Below, piece by piece: positions 1 to 8,610 of a DNA stretch of 64,000 nucleotides. Under the pieces are notes generated by a model that was not told the DNA's origin, searched no databases, and was given only the letters and a program-made list of their open reading frames with translations. Position numbers and translations under genes: made by a program. The stretch is taken from the NCBI GenBank assembly GCA_033762955.1, contig JANRLC010000048.1, forward strand, positions 1 through 64,000, in the 5' to 3' direction. The first letter of the stretch is position 1; each line of letters begins with the position of its first letter. Origin of the DNA: Verrucomicrobiota bacterium (GTDB lineage Bacteria; Verrucomicrobiota; Verrucomicrobiia; Opitutales; Oceanipulchritudinaceae).

Positions 1-288
1 GTGTTGAAGGGCAAGACTATGTTGGTTTTGCCTTCGGTTAAGGGCGTTTCACCCATGGTTGAGAATGGCACCTACAGCACCACAACTTCGAAATGCACTG
101 GGACAGTGGTGTGGGACGCATGGGACTTAAGGTGCATCAGCCTAGATGTGTTCTACTTCTGCACTCTGCCTCCTGAAATCTGGAATCTGGAATCTGAAAT
201 CTGTAATCTGGAATCTACCTTCCGCCCCTTGTTCTTCAAGAGTAGGCTTGCTCTGAACGGGAGTGGCGGGTACACCTCATCCCTTTGT

Positions 289-873
289 ATGAATAAAGGA
301 CAGCCAGAACCGCTTGTACACGATGGCCAGGGCTTTCGAATCGGGATCGTTGCCGCGCGCTATAACCAGGACTTGGTGGATGCATTGATTGTGAGTGCTT
401 TCATCGTACTGCGAAAGGCAGGAGTGGCCGCCGAGGATATCGAGACTGTCCGTGTCCCGGGCTCACATGAACTGCCCTACGCGGCCCGAATGCTCGCCGC
501 TACAGGCCAGTTCGACTGCATCATCGCACTCGGTGTGGTTTTGGAAGGCGAGACCAGCCACGCACGCATTATTGGCGAAGGTACGGTGAACTCCTTCATG
601 CGAATCATGGAAGAGTGGGAAGTGCCGGTGATTAATGGCATCGTCACTGCGAACACGCTGGAGCAGGCGGAGTTACGCTGCAAGGGCAACATTAATCGTG
701 GTGGGGAGTTTGGTGCCGCAGCACTCGAAATGGCTGCGGTGAAGCTCAATCTCACCGCCCGCCTGGATGAAATCTATGGCGAGGATGATGAGGATGATGA
801 TGAGGATGTCCTCGGCAAAGACTGGAAGAAACTTCTTGGCGAAAACGATGACAACGAACCGTGGAAATCATGA
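289..873 (+). CDS. ribH: 6,7-dimethyl-8-ribityllumazine synthase with acidic C-terminal tail
   Basis: Translation MNKGQPEPLVHDGQGFRIGIVAARYNQDLVDALI...HELPYAARMLA is canonical RibH. The in-frame upstream extension to position 1 runs through simple repeats, so the start is set at the ATG at 289. The stop TGA overlaps the nusB ATG (ATGA). Confidence 0.9.
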   Translation: MNKGQPEPLVHDGQGFRIGIVAARYNQDLVDALIVSAFIVLRKAGVAAEDIETVRVPGSHELPYAARMLAATGQFDCIIALGVVLEGETSHARIIGEGTVNSFMRIMEEWEVPVINGIVTANTLEQAELRCKGNINRGGEFGAAALEMAAVKLNLTARLDEIYGEDDEDDDEDVLGKDWKKLLGENDDNEPWKS

Positions 874-1448
874 GTAAGGGCTACACCAATCGCCGCGCCA
901 ACCGCGTGGCTGCAATGCAATTTCTTTACATGTGGGAGGCCAACCCCCCGGATAGTATGCCGGAGGTGATGGAGCGGTTTTTCTCGAATCTCCCCATGGT
1001 CGATGAGGATGCGCTCCCTCCCCTTCCCAAAGATGCTGTGCAAGAAGCGCCCGCAGAGCAACCTGCCGGAGGTGTGCCAGTGGAGCCTGCACCGCGTCCC
1101 GCCCTCGTAGCCCCTCAACCGGTTAAGATTCAGCCTCGCGAGGACTGGCAGTTCGCCGAGGAGCTGGTGTTGGGCGTCATTGAGCATCTGGAGGAGATAG
1201 ACGAAATCATACGCTCCCACACCCGGAACTGGGACTTCAAGCGGATTGCGCGGATAGACCTCTCCATTCTCCGGCTCGCGATCTATGAGATGCTCCACCG
1301 CAAGGATGTGCCGCCTATCGTTTCCATTAATGAAGCCATCGACCTCTCGAAACTCTACTCGAATGCCGATGCCAAACGCTTCATTAATGGTATCCTCGAC
1401 CAGTTTAAACTCCGCCTTAACCGCCCGCTTCGCGACGCCTCTAAATAG
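870..1448 (+). CDS. nusB: transcription antitermination factor NusB
   Basis: C-terminal region EDWQFAEELVLGVIEHLEEIDEIIRSHTRNWDFKRIARIDLSILRLAIYEMLH is the NusB fold; it is translationally coupled to ribH in the classic ribH-nusB operon. Confidence 0.85.
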   Translation: MSKGYTNRRANRVAAMQFLYMWEANPPDSMPEVMERFFSNLPMVDEDALPPLPKDAVQEAPAEQPAGGVPVEPAPRPALVAPQPVKIQPREDWQFAEELVLGVIEHLEEIDEIIRSHTRNWDFKRIARIDLSILRLAIYEMLHRKDVPPIVSINEAIDLSKLYSNADAKRFINGILDQFKLRLNRPLRDASK

Positions 1449-1545
1449 TCTGTAATTGTTAGATGGCTGGCTGCCGCAAAGGTGGCACCCTCTCTTGTGG
1501 CATCGCACCCAGCCAACCAGCCCGCACTACACAATCCGTATTCTC

Positions 1546-2481
1546 ATGTTTTCCATCTTCAACAAGTTCAAAGAGGGGTTCAAGAAGACCGCGCCCACAC
1601 TCTTCAAGGCGTTTGATAAAGTGGGGCAGCTCTTCGCCGGGCGCAAACTGGATGCCGCCTCGCTGGAGGAGCTGGAGGAGGCGCTTTATACGGCAGACTT
1701 TGGGGTGGAAACAGCGAACGAGATTCTCGAAGAGATTAAGAAGGCGTTCCGAGCAGAGAAAGACTTCCACGGCAAGGAGGCCGCCCGCATCGGTGCCGCA
1801 GTGCTGAAGCGCGTGCTGGCCGAGGCTGAGGGGAAGTTCCAACCCAGCCAGGTGACGCATAATCCCGAGGTTATAGCTCTTATCGGGGTTAATGGCTCTG
1901 GCAAGACGACCACCGCCGCGAAGCTGGGTTATCTCTGCAAACAGGACGGCTTCCCCGCTGTACTGGGTGCGTGCGACACTTTTCGCGCCGCTGCGAATGA
2001 GCAGATCAAGTCCTGGAGCGAACGCCTCGGCCTCGAGCTCGTGTCCAGCCAGCATGGGGCAGACTCCGCAGCCGTTGCCTTTGATGCGTACAGCGCTGCG
2101 GTCAGCCGGGAGCGTCGGATTCTCATACTGGATACTGCGGGTCGTCTGCACACGAAGCAGAACTTGATGGAAGAGTTGAAGAAGATACGCCGCGTGTTGC
2201 AGAAGAAAGATGCAAACGCTCCGCACCATCGCTGGTTGGTACTAGACGGCTCCATCGGCTCGAACTCCATCGAGCAAGCCCGCGTATTTCACCGGGATTT
2301 CGATCTCACCGGACTAATTATTACGAAACTCGACGGCACCAGTCGCGGCGGCGCACTCGTGGGTATTTACCGGGAGTTCAAGCTGCCCATCTTTTTCGTA
2401 GGTCTCGGCGAGAAAGAGGAGGACCTCCAGCCTTTCAACGTGGACAACTACGTCAACGCTATCTTTGGGATAGAGGAGTAG
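1546..2481 (+). CDS. ftsY: signal recognition particle receptor FtsY
   Basis: SRP GTPase motifs GVNGSGKTTT, DTAGR and TKLDG are present. The start is taken at the internal MFSIFNKFKEG rather than the ORF-track extension. Confidence 0.85.
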   Translation: MFSIFNKFKEGFKKTAPTLFKAFDKVGQLFAGRKLDAASLEELEEALYTADFGVETANEILEEIKKAFRAEKDFHGKEAARIGAAVLKRVLAEAEGKFQPSQVTHNPEVIALIGVNGSGKTTTAAKLGYLCKQDGFPAVLGACDTFRAAANEQIKSWSERLGLELVSSQHGADSAAVAFDAYSAAVSRERRILILDTAGRLHTKQNLMEELKKIRRVLQKKDANAPHHRWLVLDGSIGSNSIEQARVFHRDFDLTGLIITKLDGTSRGGALVGIYREFKLPIFFVGLGEKEEDLQPFNVDNYVNAIFGIEE

Positions 2482-2580
2482 ATGGAAGAAGGAAGAAGGC
2501 AGAAGAGTAGTCAGTAGTTAGTAGAGAGTAGGAAAAGCAGAAGCATTGTTTGTCCATCCCTGTCCATCCAGACCTACTAC

Positions 2581-3759
2581 CTACTCAAACACCACGCCGA
2601 GCTTCATAAAGGTATCCGGCGGTGTAAGCAGACTGAGAACGGTGAGCCCATCGTCCCGCAGGTCGTAGTAGTAGGCGGGGTGCGTCAGTACTCCATTATA
2701 TTTCAGCCATCTGTGGGAGCGCATGTCTCCATAAAGGCCATCGTCGCAGCGAATCAGTGAACACCAGCCACCTTCGCGGGGTAGGAGAGTGATGTGCTGT
2801 GGGTACTGTGTGCACAGTTCGCGTAGAAACGTATCATTGGTGGTGAGTCTGGCGTTGATTTGTCGTTGCAGATCATGGCGGGTGTTGAGTAACGCCCCCG
2901 CGGCATGCTGCACCGGTGCCCCCGCAGAAAGGTAGAAGTCTGCGATATACTCCAGTCTTGCCAGGGCGTCATAGACCAAATGAAGGGGACCATACACGGC
3001 CACCCACCCGAGTTTCATTTGAGGTAAGCCGCAGACCTTCGAGAGCCCGTTGAGCACAAAGGTTAATGCCTTTCGCCTAGGCTCTCGTGTGCGTGTGGCG
3101 CCGGCGGCCGGGAAGTCGTAGAATACCTCGTCCACTATCAGAGCAAATCCATGCTCCGCTGCCAACTCTTCCAGTAGGTCATAGTCCTCTGCGTGCAAGT
3201 AGTTCCCCGTTGGATTGCTGGGGCTAATAACCACCAGCGCACGTGTGCGCACCGAGATGGCTGCCGCCAGGCGGTCGAAGTCGATCCTCCAGGTCTGTGC
3301 ATTCTGGGAAAAGGTCAACCGGTACCGCACGGCGACCAGTCCCTCAAACTGCGCGAGAAACTCCACCAACGGGTAGCCCGGCGTGGGGTAGAGCACCTCA
3401 TAGCCCGGCTTAGCCAGCAGCTTGAAGAGCAGCGCGTAAGCCTCGCTCGTGCTCGCGGTTAGCAGAATGCGATCCGCCGGCATGCTCCACCCGCGCTCCG
3501 CGTAGTAGCGGCTCACCGCCTCGCGCGCACAGAGCAACCCTCGCGCCGTCGGCTCATACCGCAGCGCAGCGGGATTCGCAAATGCTTCCATAATCGCAGC
3601 CTCATCGTAAACAAACCCCGCTGCCGTTGGGTTCGTCTCAATGAGATCATAGATTATACCTCCTATTTTCCGACGCTGGTTAACAGCATCGGTCAACGGA
3701 TTCTCCTCACCACTCCATTCAACACGGTTTCCAAACATGCTGTCAGCATGGACGAACAC
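2581..3759 (-). CDS. PLP-dependent aminotransferase, class I/II
   Basis: The 392-aa ORF has the aminotransferase fold signature (SPSNPTGNY ... LSKVCGLPQMKLGW with the lysine in SK). Confidence 0.7.
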   Translation of the reverse strand: MFVHADSMFGNRVEWSGEENPLTDAVNQRRKIGGIIYDLIETNPTAAGFVYDEAAIMEAFANPAALRYEPTARGLLCAREAVSRYYAERGWSMPADRILLTASTSEAYALLFKLLAKPGYEVLYPTPGYPLVEFLAQFEGLVAVRYRLTFSQNAQTWRIDFDRLAAAISVRTRALVVISPSNPTGNYLHAEDYDLLEELAAEHGFALIVDEVFYDFPAAGATRTREPRRKALTFVLNGLSKVCGLPQMKLGWVAVYGPLHLVYDALARLEYIADFYLSAGAPVQHAAGALLNTRHDLQRQINARLTTNDTFLRELCTQYPQHITLLPREGGWCSLIRCDDGLYGDMRSHRWLKYNGVLTHPAYYYDLRDDGLTVLSLLTPPDTFMKLGVVFE

Positions 3760-3853
3760 TCATCCGCTGGCAACAGGAAGTAATGAGGACTGTGGCACCA
3801 ACTGCCAACTGCCTTCTGCCTTGTCAACTTTGTGCCTACTTCTACATCAGAAA

Positions 3854-3929
3854 TGGCGTCCCGTAGGGGATTCGAACCCCTGTTTCAAGGTTGAGAACCT
3901 TGAGTCCTGACCGGGCTAGACGAACGGGA
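3854..3929 (-). tRNA. tRNA-Glu (anticodon CTC), CCA encoded
   Basis: The reverse complement folds as a cloverleaf: acceptor GTCCCGT/ACGGGAC, anticodon stem CAAGG/CCTTG, loop TTCTCAA, T-loop GGTTCGAATCC. Confidence 0.8.
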
Positions 3930-3999
3930 CGTTTTCGCAGACGTAGCGTAAATCCGGAAAGATTGCCTTGTCGAGAACAATAGCTAGGTTATCGCCACT

Positions 4000-4797
4000 A
4001 TGAAACTCCCCGTCTCCATTATCAACGCCTTCACCCAGCGGGTATTTGGTGGAAATCCCGCCGCCGTTTGCCCGCTGGAAACTTGGCTGCCAGACGCCAC
4101 GCTACAAGCCATTGCCGAACAGCATAACCTTGCCGAGACGGCATTCACTGTGCCACTAGACGCCCCCGGCAGCTACCACTTGCGCTGGTTTACCCCTGCG
4201 GTGGAAGTGCCCCTGTGTGGTCACGCCACGCTCGCTGCCGCGCACGTGCTATTTGCAGCCCATCCCACCCTGGAAACACTCCGCTTCCATACGCTTAGCG
4301 GGTGGCTGACTGTGATACGCGCCGCTGACCGGCTCACCCTCGACTTCCCAGCCCGCACACTGGTGCAACCAGCGCCCAAGCCCGTCGTAGATGCCCTCTT
4401 TCCAAGCGCACTGGAGGCATGGGTGGATTCTGCAACGAACCTCTTCGTAATCCTTCCTACAGAAGCCGCCGTAAAGGCACTCACTCCAGACCTGCCGCTC
4501 CTCGCGCGGCACCCCTACCACGGCGCCATCATCACCGCACCCGGAGACACCGTGGATTTCGTCTCCCGCTTCTTCGCCCCGGCCCTCGGCGTCCCGGAAG
4601 ACCCCGTCACCGGCTCCGCACACTGCACACTCACCCCTTACTGGGCCACCCGGCTCGGTAAACCCACACTCACCGCCCGCCAAGTCTCCCGCCGTGGCGG
4701 CGAACTCTGGGTCCACTCCGCAGGTGAGCGCGTGCACATCAGCGGCCATGCCCGTACCTACGCCACCGGCATCATAGACCTGCCCGAGCTGGCCTAG
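4000..4797 (+). CDS. PhzF-family phenazine biosynthesis-like isomerase
   Basis: N-terminus VSIINAFTQRVFGGNPAAVCPL with the conserved E and C/H residues of the PhzF/DAP-epimerase-like fold. Confidence 0.75.
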   Translation: MKLPVSIINAFTQRVFGGNPAAVCPLETWLPDATLQAIAEQHNLAETAFTVPLDAPGSYHLRWFTPAVEVPLCGHATLAAAHVLFAAHPTLETLRFHTLSGWLTVIRAADRLTLDFPARTLVQPAPKPVVDALFPSALEAWVDSATNLFVILPTEAAVKALTPDLPLLARHPYHGAIITAPGDTVDFVSRFFAPALGVPEDPVTGSAHCTLTPYWATRLGKPTLTARQVSRRGGELWVHSAGERVHISGHARTYATGIIDLPELA

Positions 4798-4872
4798 CCC
4801 GCCAACAACGCACCCATCTAGTCACGCCGAAGCGCCGTAAATCTTTCGATTCACGGCGTCTTCAGCGGAAAT

Positions 4873-4956
4873 TGGTGCTCGAGGGGGGACTTGAACCCCC
4901 ACACCTTTCGGCATACGCACCTCAAGCGTACGTGTCTGCCATTTCACCACCCGAGC
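4873..4956 (-). tRNA. tRNA-Leu (anticodon GAG), long variable arm, CCA encoded
   Basis: Reverse complement GCTCGGGTGGTGAAATGGCAGACACGTACGCTTGAGGTGCGTA...GGGGTTCAAGTCCCCCTCGAGCACCA, with anticodon loop TTGAGGT. Confidence 0.8.
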
Positions 4957-5399
4957 ATTGCTACTATTGCTTTACGCAATTGAGGAAGCGGCGAATTAAA
5001 GGTTTTGCCACCCGGGGAAGCAAGCATTTTTTCAGGAAACCCAAAATGCAAGCGCTATGCTGCGTGACCCCGGTGCATCCGCAGGGGGTCACATGCAAGA
5101 ATCCAGCAAACAAAGACTAGTTAACGCACCATCGCTCCAGTGCACGACCCCTTGCAGAACAGCTCCAACACCCATCAGACCAACTTCAATCCCACTAATC
5201 CCATTTCTATGACACACAACAGGTGACCAAAGACCTGAAAAAGGGTTGAAAACACATCATTTGTAAAAAATGACACCATTTACCCCACACTTTACCCCTG
5301 CAAAGGCAACAATAACACCTGCAAAGGAAAACTTTGGACGTGTGAATGCTTTTATAACACGATGGAATGCTTTTCCAGGACCTCGGAATGGTATCTTTG

Positions 5400-5640
5400 G
5401 ACCTGTTTTGCAAATTATTGACACCGGGAACACATTGAGCGGACCTGTTTTACATATCCCAAGACCTATTGGCCCACGCTTTGCCCCTTTTTTACAATCA
5501 ATTAGACCTATTAACGTTTGGGTTAGGCCCTTTTTACAATTTCGCAGGCAAAATCGCTCCTCCCGCGGTCCTATTCGCGCCTCATTTGGGCATAAATGCC
5601 CATTTCTTTTACAAATCACTCCCTCTTTTTTACAAGAAGC
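5400..5640. promoter_or_regulatory. iteron-like array of at least 6 TTTTACAA-centred repeats with about 42-bp phasing
   Basis: GGACCTGTTTTGCAAAT, GGACCTGTTTTACATAT, CCTTTTTTACAATC, CCCTTTTTACAATT, TTTTACAAAT and TTTTTTACAAGA lie at about 5406, 5447, 5490, 5533, 5607 and 5629. The region is non-coding and lies upstream of the gene at 5823. Confidence 0.45.
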
Positions 5641-5822
5641 GCGTATTTCAAGCATCCTGCTTCAGGAGAGTGGTGTAAGCATCGCTTGCGCACCAAACAC
5701 GCTATCTCATAAGCTCCCCGCACACCTCTTTCCCCACTCAGCCGCCTCCTCGACGATACCCGCGACACCGACTACTCGCTAAGAATTAACACTCGACACC
5801 TTACCGTCGAATTTCGCACAGT

Positions 5823-6335
5823 GTGGTGATGAAATATATCACGATACTCCCCTTATGTTGTCTATTATTTGTCGGTGCCCCTGTTGCACAGGCAGAAGCC
5901 CCTGCTGCTCCACCAGCGGTAAAAAAGGAAGACAAGTCCAGCGTATTACATATTCCCCCGATACACGTACCCAACGAAATCATCAGTTCGCTGAAAATTA
6001 TCGAAGCGACGAAAGTGCAACTCGCCACCATGCGAAGTCTCCCTGAGGACGAACTATTTCTCTACCTCGCGTTAAACGAGGATTACATACAAGAATTTCG
6101 CTACATACACTTCACCAATCAGGATGCCAAACTAATGATCGATCGCTCTCGCACGGAAGGCGTGCCGGAAACCAATCGCGAGTATCTGATGTATGTTGAG
6201 CAATATGAAGGCGGCCTCAAGCGCATGCGTTATTTAGCTCAACGCATTATGACCAGCAAAGAGATACAGCTCTCGATCGAGGAGAAAGCTCTAGCGGCCG
6301 TGCTGAAACGTTTAGGCGTCGAAGACCCCAAATAG
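5823..6335 (+). CDS. secreted hypothetical protein (signal peptide)
   Basis: The N-terminus KYITILPLCCLLFVGAPVAQA is a signal peptide; no recognised domain. Confidence 0.5.
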   Translation: MVMKYITILPLCCLLFVGAPVAQAEAPAAPPAVKKEDKSSVLHIPPIHVPNEIISSLKIIEATKVQLATMRSLPEDELFLYLALNEDYIQEFRYIHFTNQDAKLMIDRSRTEGVPETNREYLMYVEQYEGGLKRMRYLAQRIMTSKEIQLSIEEKALAAVLKRLGVEDPK

Positions 6336-6529
6336 GTGTTTGTAGTTCGCCTTGCCACCCCGTTGGAGTTCCTCTGCTTCAGCAGGTTCTCGTCATCGGC
6401 GTCAATCGCGTCAGTAAGGTCAATCAAGTCAACGTCACACACACACACCCACTGCCCAACAAGCTGAAGGCGCAGACATCCCGAAGTCATGGGCTCTATT
6501 CATTTCCCACGACCTTAGCGCGTCTGAAC

Positions 6530-7183
6530 CTAGTAGGTTGGCCTCTCAGTCTTGCCGTTGTCTGACCCCTCTTGATTACCTTCCTTATCTTCCTCACTAC
6601 CGACTAGCAGTTGTATTACTGCATCTTTAAAGCTAGCCAAATCGCTGTAGGCTACCGGACCATAATTGGTGCGTCCTTTGTTCTCTGCGAACCACTCGCA
6701 GAGGCAGGCCTTTATGGACTTGTCGGGAAAGGCCGTGGTCATTTCCAGTGTGATATAGCGCGCGGTCTCTCCCAAATCGACAATTGCTGCATGGTAACAA
6801 AGCGGCATGTCTTTGGGCTCAGGAAAAGTAAGGAAGATAATATCTGGAATTTTATCTCCATCCCCCGCCAGGAGTTCAACCGAGACCCCATTCCAGTCGT
6901 ACATATTCCTGAACATACTCCCCTTGCCAAATGCCGCGAGAGAGCGATCAGCCTTTATAACCTCTACAAAATCCGCATGTTTCAGTACCATATCACGAAT
7001 TAGTCTATGCTGTGCGTAATAAGCCTTCTCAAAAACATAAACCCATCGCTTGCCGTATGGACCAGTGGGAATTTCAGGTTGGGTTGCAACAGATGGACGG
7101 TTCCCAGTAGTAGTTTCGCAGCCAGTGACCGCGAACAGTAGGCACATCAGGAGCAGCGGGGAGAATAGGATGCGGCTTTTCAT
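6530..7183 (-). CDS. lipoprotein, hypothetical
   Basis: The N-terminus MKSRILFSPLLLMCLLFAVTGC is a signal peptide with a lipobox cysteine. Confidence 0.55.
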   Translation of the reverse strand: MKSRILFSPLLLMCLLFAVTGCETTTGNRPSVATQPEIPTGPYGKRWVYVFEKAYYAQHRLIRDMVLKHADFVEVIKADRSLAAFGKGSMFRNMYDWNGVSVELLAGDGDKIPDIIFLTFPEPKDMPLCYHAAIVDLGETARYITLEMTTAFPDKSIKACLCEWFAENKGRTNYGPVAYSDLASFKDAVIQLLVGSEEDKEGNQEGSDNGKTERPTY

Positions 7184-7438
7184 CGGAGAAGTTAACGACC
7201 CAACCCATGATTTATTTGGTCGTCTTGCAAACCATTTCCAGTGTTTCGAAAGACGGATGACCAGTTATTGCAGCCGCTACCTGAGTACGCGGCCCGTTTA
7301 GCCTGCTATGCTGCAACCGAACTTTCCGAACCGGAGACCGGCGCACCCAGGAATGAGATAGGTCACAACCACTGGGGCCCTTTGGGGTTGATCCGCCCCA
7401 ACGAGGCCAGGCGATAATTACGGCAAATCCTGTCGTCC

Positions 7439-7660
7439 CGTGCAGACATCCTGCTGTCTGCACGCAAAGAAAGAGAATTTCAGCGAACCCCGGGAAGTAG
7501 AATGAACACTTGAGGACTGTGATCGAGGTGCTATGCACTCCATGCAGCGCCAACGGCGCGACCTTATACCAGCCTGGGCCATCGGCCCAGGTTCGTACCA
7601 ATATATACAGGATCGCGAGCGCTGAAGGCGCGGAACCAGCGGGATGTACACCATCCCCTG
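7439..7660. mobile_element. MITE-like palindromic repeat, copy A
   Basis: About 80% identical over about 215 bp to the reverse complement of 11122-11333. It starts with the hairpin CGTGCAGACATCCTGCTGTCTGCACG and contains GAGGTGCTATGCACTCCATGCAGCGCCAACGGCGCGACC...CAGCCTGGGCCATCGGCCCAGG...ATATATACAGGATCGCGAGCGCTGAAGGCG. Confidence 0.7.
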
Positions 7661-8001
7661 AGAACGCCAACGATTCGTTGTCTTTTTACCAACCACTGCC
7701 GACGGGGACGACAGCACTCCCGGCACTCACACATAAACGCTCCCCCCAGAAGCCTCCCCATGGGAACGCCGACGTCCTCGTCGGCAGTGGCTGAGCCTTC
7801 GGCGCGAAGAAGGCACTCGTTTTAGTCACTAGACTGGCCGTGCATCTCCAATGACTTCGAGTTGTACGCCCTGCATTTGACCCCAAATCCAGCATTGACA
7901 CCCCCCATGCCAATCCTAATTATCCACAGCTTACATCGATCCGAAGTCCACAACAAGGATCGCACCAACACAGGCTAGGCAAGTGTTGTTCTCCAATTTT
8001 A

Positions 8002-8082
<81 letters not shown>

Positions 8083-8610
8083 TTAATTTCCTCTCGGGAA
8101 AACGTCCCCGCCTTGGGCAACAGTCCACCGGCGTAGATCCCGATGTACCGGAATCGCCTAAGTCGCTGACAGCAAAGGCTTACGCAGCCACCACTGCATA
8201 ACCGGGTTCTCTCAGTTTCGCACGTCCAAGACGCAGCGAACATCAGCAGGAACGCTTATCGTGAAAATCTCGCCCATGTCTCTCAGATTCATCTGCGAGA
8301 GCCAAAAGCTTAAGCAACTGTTTCGCTGCCATGGGTTATCCTCATTGAACTCAAATCAGAACTGAGATTTTGGCTCAGGTAATAATATATTCACACAACC
8401 TTGTAATTAAAAAGGAAGATTACCGCTTGGCGTGTTTCCGGGGATGTAACTATAATGTACTTCATCGGCAGTAAACCACCAAGAGTACGGCAGACAATTA
8501 CAGCACATGGTCAAGAAGCAAATGCAATCCAGACCGACAGCAATTGTATGTAATTATTAACAAAAACCTCAACTTATGTCGGCTGCATATTTGCAGCTTG
8601 AAATTAACTG

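Noticed and set aside
1-288. N-terminal extension of ribH to position 1 (290-aa ORF).
   Set aside because: The extension reads through AATCTGGAATCTG simple repeats. The canonical RibH N-terminus begins at the ATG at 289.
4872-5782. ORFs 4872-5120 (+), 5257-5655 (-) and 5270-5782 (+).
   Set aside because: The first overlaps tRNA-Leu. The others span the AT-rich iteron-like region and have low-complexity translations with no start context.
7212-7913. ORFs over MITE copy A (7212-7913), and 11123-11380 and 22307-22750 over copies B and C.
   Set aside because: They are translations of a palindromic repeat present in both orientations, not genes.
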